Positions 27,043-36,461 of a stretch of DNA of 44,466 nucleotides are shown here, piece by piece. Numbering within the stretch: position 1 is the stretch's first letter; each line of letters opens with the position of its first letter. The position numbers and the translations under genes were made by a program. The DNA comes from Candidatus Nealsonbacteria bacterium (GTDB lineage: Bacteria; Patescibacteriota; Minisyncoccia; Minisyncoccales; PWPS01): NCBI GenBank assembly GCA_003560095.1, contig PWJI01000043.1, positions 1-44,466 on the forward strand, given 5' to 3'. Below the pieces are notes generated by a model. That model saw nothing but the letters and a program-made list of their open reading frames with translations, searched no databases and was not told the DNA's origin.

Positions 27043-28959
27043 ATGATTGAATTTGAAGAAAAGCTCAATAAAGAGCAATTAAAAGTGGTTTACGAGGGCG
27101 ACGGCCCTTGTCTTGTTTTGAGTGGCCCGGGAAGTGGCAAAACAAGAACTTTGGTTTATAGAGTTGCTTATCTTCTTGGAAAAAATGTTCCTCCCAATAG
27201 AATTTTACTGCTTACTTTTACCAAGAGAGCTGCAAACGAAATGATTTCAAGAATTAATAGCCTAACTATGAAAAAAGAAGGGGAAGTTCTTGGAGGAACA
27301 TTTCATCATGCTGCAAATTTCTTTTTAAAAAAATATTTTAAAAAAATAGACTATTTATCGAATTTTATTATTCTTGACGAAGAAGATTCTCGCTCGCTCA
27401 TATCATCAATAATTAAAGAAAAAGGAAAGAAAGATTCTTTAAAAGCTCCGGTTGCTCAAAGAATATTTTCTTTGTCAATTAATTCACTTAAGGAAATTGA
27501 TGAAATTATTGAAGATTATTTTGAATATCTTGATACAAACGCAAAAGAGTGTGCTTTGGGTATTTATAAAGAGTATTGTAAGAGAAAAAAAGAGAACAAT
27601 TTAATGGATTATGATGATCTTTTATTAAATTGGAATAATTTGCTTTTAATACCGGAAATCAGGGAGGAAATATCAAAACAATTTGAATATATTTTAATTG
27701 ACGAATATCAAGATACTAACACTCTTCAAAACGAAATTGTAAAGAAGATAAGTCAGGCTCATGGTAATATCTTAGTTGTTGGAGATGATTCTCAAAGTAT
27801 TTATTCTTTTAGAGCAGCTAATATTGGAAATATATTAAATTTTCCAAAAACATTTAAAAATAGTAAGTTATTTAAGCTTGAATTAAATTACAGAAGCACG
27901 CCTGAAATTCTCGAGGTTGCCAATAGAGTAATAAGAAGTAATACTCAAAAACTTGAAAAAAACTTAAAAAGTACAATTAAGTCAGGCTTTCCTCCTGCTA
28001 TTGTTTCATTTCCCAATTCATCAATGGAGGCAAGATTTGTGTATGAAAAAATAAAAGAAAAAGACTTATCAAAAACAGCGGTGTTGTTTCGTGCCCACTA
28101 TCATGCGGTTGAACTTGAAATGGAGCTTTTGAAACGAAATATACCTTATAACTTAAGAGGAGGAGTGCGTTTTTTTGAACAATTTCATGTTAAAGATATA
28201 ATTGCTTTTTTAAAAATATTTTTAAATTTTTATGATGAAATGTCGTGGCAAAGGCTACTTTTAAGACAAGAAAAAATAGGGGAGGCTGGGGCTAAAAAAA
28301 TAGTTAAAGAAATTTTTAAAAGAAAAAGCATGAAAGAATTTTTAAAAGAAAAAGAGGAAATTGTTTCCTTAATAAGAACTTCTACTGCAAAAGAAAAAGC
28401 AAAGAATTTTTTCTTGATTATTGAAGAAGCACAAGAAAAAGATACAGACAAAAAAATAAATCTTTTTTTGAGCAAATTCTACAACCATTTTTTGGATATT
28501 TCTTTTGAAAATTCTCTTGAAAGAAAAAAAGATATAAAGAAACTCATAGAAGTTTCTGAAAAATATGAAAGTGATGAAAAAATGATTTCTGATTTTTCCT
28601 TGAGTGAAGATTATCAAAAAGAAAGCCCTAAAGGGGGTGCTGTTACATTAAGCACAATTCATCAAGCAAAGGGACTTGAGTGGGAAAATGTTTTTATAAT
28701 ATCATTAAGAGAAGGAGATTTTCCTCATCTTAAATCTTTAGACGAAAATTTACTCGAAGAGGAAAGAAGGCTTTTTTATGTTGCAGTTACAAGATGTAAG
28801 CAAAATCTTTTCCTAACTTACTCAACATACAATTTTAAAAGTAAAAAAGTCTCTACACCGTCCAGATTTATAAAGGAAACAAGTCTTTTAAAAGAGGAAA
28901 GTTATCCCATAAATGACGAAGAAGTGGTTGAGGATAGTGACGAATGGGAGTTTTTTTAA
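27043..28959 (+). CDS. ATP-dependent DNA helicase, UvrD/PcrA/Rep family
   Basis: GPGSGKT, TFT.RAA.EM, DEYQDTN, VGDDSQSIYSFR, NYRST, TIHQAKGLEW, EEERRLFYVAVTR; start ATG 27043 (or TTG 27037). Confidence 0.95.
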   Translation: MIEFEEKLNKEQLKVVYEGDGPCLVLSGPGSGKTRTLVYRVAYLLGKNVPPNRILLLTFTKRAANEMISRINSLTMKKEGEVLGGTFHHAANFFLKKYFKKIDYLSNFIILDEEDSRSLISSIIKEKGKKDSLKAPVAQRIFSLSINSLKEIDEIIEDYFEYLDTNAKECALGIYKEYCKRKKENNLMDYDDLLLNWNNLLLIPEIREEISKQFEYILIDEYQDTNTLQNEIVKKISQAHGNILVVGDDSQSIYSFRAANIGNILNFPKTFKNSKLFKLELNYRSTPEILEVANRVIRSNTQKLEKNLKSTIKSGFPPAIVSFPNSSMEARFVYEKIKEKDLSKTAVLFRAHYHAVELEMELLKRNIPYNLRGGVRFFEQFHVKDIIAFLKIFLNFYDEMSWQRLLLRQEKIGEAGAKKIVKEIFKRKSMKEFLKEKEEIVSLIRTSTAKEKAKNFFLIIEEAQEKDTDKKINLFLSKFYNHFLDISFENSLERKKDIKKLIEVSEKYESDEKMISDFSLSEDYQKESPKGGAVTLSTIHQAKGLEWENVFIISLREGDFPHLKSLDENLLEEERRLFYVAVTRCKQNLFLTYSTYNFKSKKVSTPSRFIKETSLLKEESYPINDEEVVEDSDEWEFF

Positions 28960-28983
28960 TGCCTTTTCTTTTTAATTTCTTTT

Positions 28984-28992
28984 TGCTAAAAT
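28984..28992 (+). promoter_or_regulatory. Extended -10 element TGcTAAAAT
   Basis: Intergenic, upstream of 29039; identical 9-mer upstream of tig. Confidence 0.5.
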
Positions 28993-29038
28993 AAATCTGT
29001 ATAGTTATTTGTTGTCTTCTTTTTAATCTATAAAAAAT

Positions 29039-29290
29039 ATGAAAAGTGAAAAAATTTTATTTATTATAATCGGAATCTATTTTTTATTAAGTGGACTTTT
29101 TCATTTTGCTCGCTTGGCACTTGGTCTTGATATTATTGTTGGAGATAATTATATAGATACCATGGTAAGTGCCATATGTGTTTTATTTTCGGTTTTTATT
29201 ATTTATTCCATAGTAAAAATACAAAAAAACACTAAAGAGAAATTAAATAAAGGAAATGTTATAAAACAGGAAAAAGAAGATACTGAATAA
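29039..29290 (+). CDS. Small two-TM membrane protein
   Basis: Two hydrophobic segments (..LFHFARL..), charged tail. Confidence 0.75.
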   Translation: MKSEKILFIIIGIYFLLSGLFHFARLALGLDIIVGDNYIDTMVSAICVLFSVFIIYSIVKIQKNTKEKLNKGNVIKQEKEDTE

Positions 29291-29321
29291 TGCTTTAAGT
29301 CAAAATAATAATTTAAAAAAT

Positions 29322-30023
29322 ATGAAATTATACAAACAACCATGGATATGGATTCTTGTCTTTTCTGTTGCAATCTCAGGATCAATACTTTATTTCAAAG
29401 AAGAGATAAGTAATTTAATGACAGGCAGTGATGCCGTTATTAGAGTTAATAACAAAGCAGTAAACGAAAGAGAGTTTAATGCAATATTTAAGCAAGTTGA
29501 GCAAAGTCAAGCAGAAACAGTTAGGGCAGGAGGAGAAGAGTTGTCAGAAGAAAAGCTCAGGGAAGTTGCTGTTGAAACTGCCGTTGACCAACTTTTACTA
29601 ATGAGTTTTGCAGAAAAAAAAGGAGTTAAAGTAACAGAGGAAGATTTGGAAAAATTCTATAACGAGATAATTTCAATTGATTCGGAAATTGAAACAAAGG
29701 CACAACTTTTCGATATTTGGGAAAAAGAAGGGTTTGGGAAGGAAGAGATGATAATGCAAATTGAAGTTTATCTTATGTATGACAAAGTTTATAACAAATA
29801 CTCCAATGAAGTAAAAATAACTGAAGATGATATAAAGGAAGCTTATGAAGAATATTTTTCGTGGGCAATGGAAACTGATTTTTCAGAAAATGAAGAAGTG
29901 GAAAGCTATGAAGAGATAAGAGAAGATCTTGAAGTTCTTGTTCATCAAGAAAAAGTATTTAAAAAGATGGAAGAAGATTTGGATAATTTTCGAAAAGAAA
30001 GCAATATTGAAATATTGATTTAA
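29322..30023 (+). CDS. SurA N-terminal domain / PrsA-like chaperone without PPIase domain
   Basis: TM anchor, VIRVN...V...EF, DQLLL..FAEKKG.KVTEED, C-terminal L..FRKESNIEI. Confidence 0.8.
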   Translation: MKLYKQPWIWILVFSVAISGSILYFKEEISNLMTGSDAVIRVNNKAVNEREFNAIFKQVEQSQAETVRAGGEELSEEKLREVAVETAVDQLLLMSFAEKKGVKVTEEDLEKFYNEIISIDSEIETKAQLFDIWEKEGFGKEEMIMQIEVYLMYDKVYNKYSNEVKITEDDIKEAYEEYFSWAMETDFSENEEVESYEEIREDLEVLVHQEKVFKKMEEDLDNFRKESNIEILI

Positions 30024-30028
30024 AAGGC

Positions 30029-30700
30029 ATGGAGAAAAAAAACTCCAATAATTATTTTATATTTTTTTATGTTTTCTTCATATCTCTGTTTGTTGGGATT
30101 TTTTTTCTTTTTAGTGGAATAAGAGATGAAAATATTGATTTTTTACTAAGTGTTAATGGTGAAAAAATAGAAAAAAATAAATTTATTACTCACCTCAATC
30201 AAGTAAAAAGAGATTTTTCAGAAGAAAATTTGTCTAGTAAAGATTTAAAAAAGAAAGCGATAGAAAAAACTATAAGAAGAACACTGCTTGGTCAATATTT
30301 CAAAGAAGAGGGAATAAGGCTTTCTCTAGAAGATATTGAAAGGATGTTTTCAAGTTTTGTCTTAAAAGAAAAAAGAGCTGAAACAAAAGAAGATTTTTTT
30401 GAAATTATGGAAATTAAGGGATTTTCAAGAGGTGAGGTTGAGACAGAGGTTTTATTTCGGGCAAAAGAAGAAAAATTAATAGGTCACCTTATGAGAAATA
30501 TTGAAGTTGAAAAGAGTGAAATTGAAAAAAGATATAATAAATTAAAAAAAGAAGCTGACAATGAAGAGAATATTGACATTCTTCCTCTTTACGAAATAGA
30601 AGAAAAACTAAAAAAGAAAATAAGAAGAGAAAAAGCAAAAGATAAAATAATTAAAGATCTTGATAAAAAAAGAGAGGAAGCGGAAATTATTTTTTTATAG
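30029..30700 (+). CDS. Second SurA N-terminal domain protein (paralog)
   Basis: TM anchor, LSVNGEKI, AIE..I.R.LL.Q...EEGI, C-terminal L.KKREEAEIIFL. Confidence 0.72.
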   Translation: MEKKNSNNYFIFFYVFFISLFVGIFFLFSGIRDENIDFLLSVNGEKIEKNKFITHLNQVKRDFSEENLSSKDLKKKAIEKTIRRTLLGQYFKEEGIRLSLEDIERMFSSFVLKEKRAETKEDFFEIMEIKGFSRGEVETEVLFRAKEEKLIGHLMRNIEVEKSEIEKRYNKLKKEADNEENIDILPLYEIEEKLKKKIRREKAKDKIIKDLDKKREEAEIIFL

Positions 30701-30717
30701 CAAATTAATTAATTTAT

Positions 30718-31782
30718 ATGTTTCAGAAAAAAACACTCTGGATTTCACACTCCGCAATATCCTCATATTCAAAATGCCCTCATCTTTATTATTTGGAGTA
30801 TGAATACCGTAATCCAAGAACAGGAAACAGAATACAAATAACCAACCCTTATCTGGCACTTGGCTTATCGGTTCACGAAACAATTGAGGGCCTTTTGGAT
30901 GTTTCTTTAAAAGAGAGGACGAAGGTGTCGCTAAAGGAGAGGTTTGACAAAATATTTAACGAGTACAGGGGTCTTAAAGGAGGGTTTCTTTGTGATAAAA
31001 AAGAAAACAGTTTTTATAAAAGAGGGGTTATGATGATAGAGAGAGTCGAAAAATCTTCTTTTCTCTTGAAACCTTCAAAATCACTTGAAAATAGTTTTCC
31101 TACTGTTAATCTTCTTGAAAATGACAAAGATTCTCAAATAGAGGCAAAGCTTGTAGGAAGTGTGGATTGGATTGAAATTTTACCAAACAAAAAAGCACAT
31201 ATCATTGATTTTAAGACCGGAAACAGCAGAGAAAGCAATGGTTCGCTTCAGCTTCCTATTTATACTATTTTGGCAGAAAATAACTTAAAGGAGGAGGTAG
31301 AAAAAACAAGCTATTGGTATTTAGAGCATGACAGTGCGCCTGCCGAACACAAGGTTGGAGATATAAATTACTGGAAAAATATAATTGAAGAAAAAGCTGC
31401 AATTATAAAAAGTGCCGTAAAAAGAAAAGAGTTTTATTGTAATTATCCCGGAAGGTGTTTTTCTTGCGGTGATTATGAAAAAATATTCAAAGGAGAAGCG
31501 GAGAAAGTTGACTTGAAAAACACTAAAAATAAAGATGTTTTTTGTATTTTTAAAGAAAAAGATGTTATTGATAAGGTCATGGCAGGCGATTTTCTTGACG
31601 AAAGAGAAAAGAAAATATTTGAACTTCGAATGAAGAAAGAAATGAAAGAGATAAATAAAGAATTAAGACTTTCCGATAAAAAAAGTGAAGAAATTGTGCA
31701 TGAAATAAAAAGAAAATTAAAAAAAGGACTTAGAAAAAAAGAACTAAATGTTATTATAAGGCTTTTAGGAAAAAAATATTAA
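30718..31782 (+). CDS. PD-(D/E)XK (RecB/Cas4-like) nuclease with C-terminal sigma70 region-4-like HTH
   Basis: SHS.I..Y..CP..YY, G..VH, G.VD.I...IIDFKTG, QL.IY; tail LDEREKKIFELR...KEI.KEL.LS...I..KLK. Confidence 0.82.
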   Translation: MFQKKTLWISHSAISSYSKCPHLYYLEYEYRNPRTGNRIQITNPYLALGLSVHETIEGLLDVSLKERTKVSLKERFDKIFNEYRGLKGGFLCDKKENSFYKRGVMMIERVEKSSFLLKPSKSLENSFPTVNLLENDKDSQIEAKLVGSVDWIEILPNKKAHIIDFKTGNSRESNGSLQLPIYTILAENNLKEEVEKTSYWYLEHDSAPAEHKVGDINYWKNIIEEKAAIIKSAVKRKEFYCNYPGRCFSCGDYEKIFKGEAEKVDLKNTKNKDVFCIFKEKDVIDKVMAGDFLDEREKKIFELRMKKEMKEINKELRLSDKKSEEIVHEIKRKLKKGLRKKELNVIIRLLGKKY

Positions 31783-31783
31783 A

Positions 31784-32377
31784 ATGTCAAAAACCAATCT
31801 CTTAAAGAAAATAAAAGAAGAGATTATTACTTTAAAAGAATCACCGCTTTATAAACTAAGGATTGAAAATAGTTATTTTCCGGTTATTGGGGAGGGTAAT
31901 CATGATGCTAAGTTAGTTTTTGTTGGAGAAGCTCCTGGAGGACGTGAGGCAGCAACAGGAAGACCTTTTTGTGGAAGTGCGGGGAAAATACTCACTGAAT
32001 GTCTTAAAGAAATAGGAATAGAGAGAAAAGATGTTTATATTACAAATATATTAAAAGATAGACCACCAAAAAACAGAGATCCGCTACCAAATGAAATTGA
32101 ACTTTATGCTTCTTTCTTAGATCGTCAAATAGAAATAATAAAACCTTCTCTTATCGCTCCTTTGGGTAGGTTTTCCGGAGAATATATAATGAGACGATAC
32201 GGGCTAGAAAATAAAATAAAACCGATAACAAAAATGCACGGTAATCTTTTTAGAGCTCAAGTATTATATGGAGAATTAAAGATAATTCCTCTTTTGCATC
32301 CTGCAGTTGCAATATATAATCGAAGCAAGAGAGATATTTTAATGAAAGGCTTTTATGAATTGAAAAATAATATTTAA
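31784..32377 (+). CDS. Uracil-DNA glycosylase, family 4
   Basis: FVGEAPG..E..TGRPF.G.AG..L, YITN..K.RPP.NR.P, LG, HPA. Confidence 0.94.
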   Translation: MSKTNLLKKIKEEIITLKESPLYKLRIENSYFPVIGEGNHDAKLVFVGEAPGGREAATGRPFCGSAGKILTECLKEIGIERKDVYITNILKDRPPKNRDPLPNEIELYASFLDRQIEIIKPSLIAPLGRFSGEYIMRRYGLENKIKPITKMHGNLFRAQVLYGELKIIPLLHPAVAIYNRSKRDILMKGFYELKNNI

Positions 32378-32381
32378 GAAG

Positions 32382-33026
32382 ATGATAATTCCCATATACA
32401 AAGAAAAGGGACCAACCTCAAGGCAAATATTAAACAAAATACAAAAAAAATATAATTTGAAAAAAGTCGGTCACGCGGGAACTCTTGACCCTTTAGCAGA
32501 AGGAGTTTTGGTAGTTGGTATTGGTAGAGAAAGCACTAAAAAATTACACACAAAAGACCTGGATGAGAAAGAATATTTAGCGGAAATTTTTTTAGGTGAG
32601 AAAAGTTTAACAGATGATAGTGAGGGTAATAAAGAAAAAGTTTCGGTGGCGAAAATACCTACAAAAAAAGAAATAGAGGATGCTCTTTTTAGTTTCCAAG
32701 GGTTTTTTATGCAAAAACCACCTATTTTTTCCGCAGTAAAGGTGAAAGGAAAGGAGGCCTATAAGATCGCAAGAAAAGGTGGGCTTGTAAAGTTAAATTA
32801 TAAAAAAGTGCAGGTAAAAAGTATTTTTTTAATGGATTACAAATATCCTTTTCTTAAGGTAAAAATTATTACCGGAGGGGGTTTTTATGTTCGTTCACTT
32901 GCCAGAGACCTGGGAAACTATCTTAAAACAGGAGCATATCTTTATTCTTTGAAGCGAACCAGAGTAGGTGATTTCCAAATCAAAGATTGCGTTAAGATTG
33001 AAAATATTTATAATGAAATAAGTTAA
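32382..33026 (+). CDS. truB: tRNA pseudouridine(55) synthase (no PUA domain)
   Basis: KVGHAGTLDPLAEGVL, PP.FSAVKV.G, GFYVRSLARDLG, L.RTRVG. Confidence 0.96.
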   Translation: MIIPIYKEKGPTSRQILNKIQKKYNLKKVGHAGTLDPLAEGVLVVGIGRESTKKLHTKDLDEKEYLAEIFLGEKSLTDDSEGNKEKVSVAKIPTKKEIEDALFSFQGFFMQKPPIFSAVKVKGKEAYKIARKGGLVKLNYKKVQVKSIFLMDYKYPFLKVKIITGGGFYVRSLARDLGNYLKTGAYLYSLKRTRVGDFQIKDCVKIENIYNEIS

Positions 33027-33045
33027 AAATTTTATTTAAAAAAAT

Positions 33046-34113
33046 ATGGATATTATTTTCTCCGAATCATTCTGGAAAATAGAATACTTTAATAATGCTC
33101 TTTGGGAGTATCTTGTTTTTTTGCTTATATTCTTGGGGCTCTCCTTCGGTTTTTTTCTTTTTAAATATATATTTTATCGAAAAATATCCGCCATTATTAA
33201 AGAAAAGAAAGTATTCTCTCTTCTTTTAAGTATCTTAGATAAAATTCGATCTCCTTTTTATATTTTTGTCTCTTTTTATATTGCTCTTTCAAGTATTGTT
33301 GTTCCGGACATTCTCTATAGGTTATTTTTTTTAATTTTTCTTTTTTGGACTACTTACCGTGCTGTTATTGTTGGATATCAATTTATTGATTTTCTTTTAG
33401 AAGAATATATAAAGAAAAATGTTGAAAAGGGGAGTAAGGCAATGGTAAGGGCTCTTGGAAATATTGCAAAAGGAATTTTGTGGGCTTTTGCCTTTCTTGT
33501 TGTTTTATCTATTTTGGGAGTTAATGTTACCGGTCTTGTTGCAGGAATGGGTATAGGGGGAGCTGCTATAGCTTTTGCTCTTCAAGGAATTCTTGCCGAT
33601 CTTTTTAGTTCTTTTTCCATTTATTTTGATAAGCCCTTTATAGAGGGAGATTTGATTGTTGTTGGAGGGAAGTGGGGGACTGTAGAAAAAATCGGAATTA
33701 AAAGTACTCGTATCAGGTCTCTTCAAGGAGAAGAAATTGTATTTTCCAATAAAGAACTAACAGCTGCTCAAGTACACAACTATAGAAAAATGACTCAAAG
33801 GAGATCTGAGTTTAAGCTTGGAATTACCTACGAAACCCCTACTCAAAAAATGGAAAAGATACCAAAAATGGTCAAAAGCATTGTTGATAAGGAAGACTTA
33901 GCGGAGTTTGGAAGAATTCATTTCTATAATTTTGGTGATTTTTCTTTAGATTATCTGCTTGTTTATGATATAAAATCAGCAGATTATATGACTTATATGG
34001 ATATAAACCAAAAAATACTGCTTAATATAAAAAAGGCTTTTGAGAAAGAAGAAATAGAGTTTGCTTATCCAACAAAAACAATACATCTTTCAGGAAAAGA
34101 AGAAAACTCATAA
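33046..34113 (+). CDS. MscS-family mechanosensitive channel
   Basis: AG.GIGG.AIAFALQ..L.D.F, DKPF..GD.I, G.VE.IGIKSTR.R...GE....N. Confidence 0.95.
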   Translation: MDIIFSESFWKIEYFNNALWEYLVFLLIFLGLSFGFFLFKYIFYRKISAIIKEKKVFSLLLSILDKIRSPFYIFVSFYIALSSIVVPDILYRLFFLIFLFWTTYRAVIVGYQFIDFLLEEYIKKNVEKGSKAMVRALGNIAKGILWAFAFLVVLSILGVNVTGLVAGMGIGGAAIAFALQGILADLFSSFSIYFDKPFIEGDLIVVGGKWGTVEKIGIKSTRIRSLQGEEIVFSNKELTAAQVHNYRKMTQRRSEFKLGITYETPTQKMEKIPKMVKSIVDKEDLAEFGRIHFYNFGDFSLDYLLVYDIKSADYMTYMDINQKILLNIKKAFEKEEIEFAYPTKTIHLSGKEENS

Positions 34114-34158
34114 TTTTTTATAAATTTTTCGGTAAATTGATGATTTTATTTACAAGAA

Positions 34159-35862
34159 ATGCTTGAATTTTTTGAGCAACTTATTGAAAATACAGGAAAC
34201 GTGGCCCTAGTTGAGCTTGCGCTTATTTTAATTTTTGCCTCGTTTTTGGGAATTATTTTTAAAATGCTCAAACAGCCTCTTGTTTTAGCATATTTAGCTA
34301 CAGGTATTTTTATTGGTATTTTCGGTTTTTTAAAATTAGAAAGCGGGGATGTAATTGAAGTTTTTTCCACTCTGGGAATAATGTTCTTGCTCTTTTTGGT
34401 AGGAATGGAGATGGACTACACCTCCATTAAAAAAACAGGAAAAGTTTCTTTAGCGATAGGTCTTGGGCAAGTTTTATTTACAGCTATGGGAGGATTTTTA
34501 ATATCTTATTTTCTTTTTGGTTTTGACATACTACCTGCAATTTATATTGCTGTTGCCCTTACCTTTTCAAGCACCGTAATAATTGTAAAACTTCTCTCGG
34601 ATAAAGGGAATTTAACGAGCTTACACGGAAGAGCTTCTATTGGTCTTTTGCTTGTTCAAGACTTGGTTTTAATTATTATTTTAATTGTCCTAAATGCTAT
34701 TGATACGGGAGAGAGTGTTAGTATTTTTGCTGTTTTGCAAACTGTTTTTATTGGAGTCTTACTTTTTGCTTTGATGCTTTTTTTAGGAATAAAAATCTTT
34801 CCCTACATTTTTCGCAAGATAGCGAACTCTCAAGAGCTTTTATTTTTAGTTAGTTTAACCTGGCTCTTGGCGTTTGCGGTAATAGTAAAACAGCTTGATT
34901 TTTCAATTGAAATTGCGGGTTTTTTGGCAGGGGTAGCTCTAGCAAATTCCGCTGAAAAATATCACATTGCAAACAAAATAAAACCACTCAGAGACTTTTT
35001 TATTTTGGTATTTTTTGTTTATTTAGGGTCCTTGATGATTGTTTCTGATTTTCAAGAAATGATTTTTCCGGTTATTGCTTTTTCACTTTTTGTATTAATC
35101 GGAAACCCTTTGATTGTAATGTTTATTATGGGCCTTATGAGATATAAAAAACGAACAGGTTTTTTGACAGGCCTGACTGTTGCTCAAATTTCCGAGTTTA
35201 GTTTAATATTTGCAACTCTTGGTCTTGCTCTCGGACATATCACGGATCAAATTTTTGCAATTATCGTTGCTGTGGGTGTCGTTACCATAACTCTTTCTAC
35301 ATATCTTATTCTTTATGCAGAAAATATTTTTCCTTTCATCTCTAAAGCATTATCAATTTTTGAGAGAAAAAATACAAAAGAAGAGGAAGGGGACTTTGGA
35401 GTATCGAAAAAAATTATCTTAATTGGTGCCAATCGAATTGGTCAAGGAATTATGAATTACATTAACACAAAAGAGGTTCTAGCAATAGACTTTGATCCGG
35501 TAGTTAATGATTCACTGAAAAAAAACGGAACAGAGCGTATTTTTGCAGATATAAAAGATCCTTATCTTTTTGAGGAACTTAATTTGGAAAAGACAAAAAT
35601 AGTTATCTCAACAAGCCCTCATCTGGATGATAATTTAAGTATAACTGAAAGGATAAAAAAAATAGATGAAGATATAAAAGTCGTTGTGAGAGCTGAAAGT
35701 AATCAAGAGGCCAAAGAGCTTTACGAAAAAAGAGCTGACTATGTTCTTTTACCACACCTTCTGTCGGGAAAATATTTGGGTAAATTAATTACTTCCGACT
35801 TGGAGCTTAACAACTTGGAAGAGTTACGTAAAAAAGAGATAAAATTTTTGAAAAATCAATGA
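34159..35862 (+). CDS. CPA2 cation:proton antiporter with C-terminal TrkA-N/KTN domain
   Basis: GI.FLLF.VG.E, SST.I.VK.L, L.VQD, LRDFF..FF, QISEFS; C-terminal IIL.G..R.G Rossmann-like domain. Confidence 0.93.
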   Translation: MLEFFEQLIENTGNVALVELALILIFASFLGIIFKMLKQPLVLAYLATGIFIGIFGFLKLESGDVIEVFSTLGIMFLLFLVGMEMDYTSIKKTGKVSLAIGLGQVLFTAMGGFLISYFLFGFDILPAIYIAVALTFSSTVIIVKLLSDKGNLTSLHGRASIGLLLVQDLVLIIILIVLNAIDTGESVSIFAVLQTVFIGVLLFALMLFLGIKIFPYIFRKIANSQELLFLVSLTWLLAFAVIVKQLDFSIEIAGFLAGVALANSAEKYHIANKIKPLRDFFILVFFVYLGSLMIVSDFQEMIFPVIAFSLFVLIGNPLIVMFIMGLMRYKKRTGFLTGLTVAQISEFSLIFATLGLALGHITDQIFAIIVAVGVVTITLSTYLILYAENIFPFISKALSIFERKNTKEEEGDFGVSKKIILIGANRIGQGIMNYINTKEVLAIDFDPVVNDSLKKNGTERIFADIKDPYLFEELNLEKTKIVISTSPHLDDNLSITERIKKIDEDIKVVVRAESNQEAKELYEKRADYVLLPHLLSGKYLGKLITSDLELNNLEELRKKEIKFLKNQ

Positions 35863-36461
35863 AAAAAATAAAAGAAAAATTTGGTAGTGAAGTTATTGGT
35901 GCCGTAAAGTTTTACTCTCCTATTGCATTTATAATTTTTTATTTTTCTTTTTTGGTGGGGATTATATTTGTCGCCCTTAATCCAGAAGCTTCTACTAATT
36001 ATCTTACAAGAGTAGTCGAAGAGCTTTCTTTTCTTACCAGTCTCAATACTTTACAGCTTGGAGTTTTTATTTTTTTAAACAATTTAGTAAAAACTTTTCT
36101 TTTTATGATTATGGGTGTTTTGTTTGTTGTTCCGACAGTTTTATTTTTAGTGATAAACGGATTGGTTCTTGGCATTGTTGTTGCAATAAGCTACCCTCAA
36201 CTAGGAGTAGGGGGGCTTTTTCATTCTTTGTTTTTTCATGGTATATTTGAGTTGACAGCTGTTTTTATGGGATCCGGCTTGGGTCTTTGGCTTGGCATAT
36301 CTTCCTTTGATATTTTGAAAAAAAAGAAAAAGTCACTTCAAAATATTTTTTCCGTGATGGAGATTCAAATAAAAAAATCTTGTTATTTTTTTATTTATCT
36401 TATTCTTCCTTTAATTCTTGTTGCAGCGATAATAGAGACGGCAATGATTTTCTTTTTATGA
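35859..36461 (+). CDS. SpoIIM/DUF95-family membrane protein
   Basis: IFLNN, NG..LG, HGIFEL.A, L..AA.IE motifs. Confidence 0.88.
   Translation: MKKIKEKFGSEVIGAVKFYSPIAFIIFYFSFLVGIIFVALNPEASTNYLTRVVEELSFLTSLNTLQLGVFIFLNNLVKTFLFMIMGVLFVVPTVLFLVINGLVLGIVVAISYPQLGVGGLFHSLFFHGIFELTAVFMGSGLGLWLGISSFDILKKKKKSLQNIFSVMEIQIKKSCYFFIYLILPLILVAAIIETAMIFFL

Noticed and set aside
13534-28959. Gabija system (OLD nuclease plus UvrD)
   Set aside because: The helicases are over 5 kb away on the opposite strand and look like housekeeping types, not an adjacent GajB
30718-31782. Cas4 of a CRISPR-Cas locus
   Set aside because: No cas1/cas2 or array in the window
15355-36461. Sporulation, from GerMN and SpoIIM family names
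   Set aside because: Both families are widespread in non-sporulating prokaryotes; no core sporulation genes here
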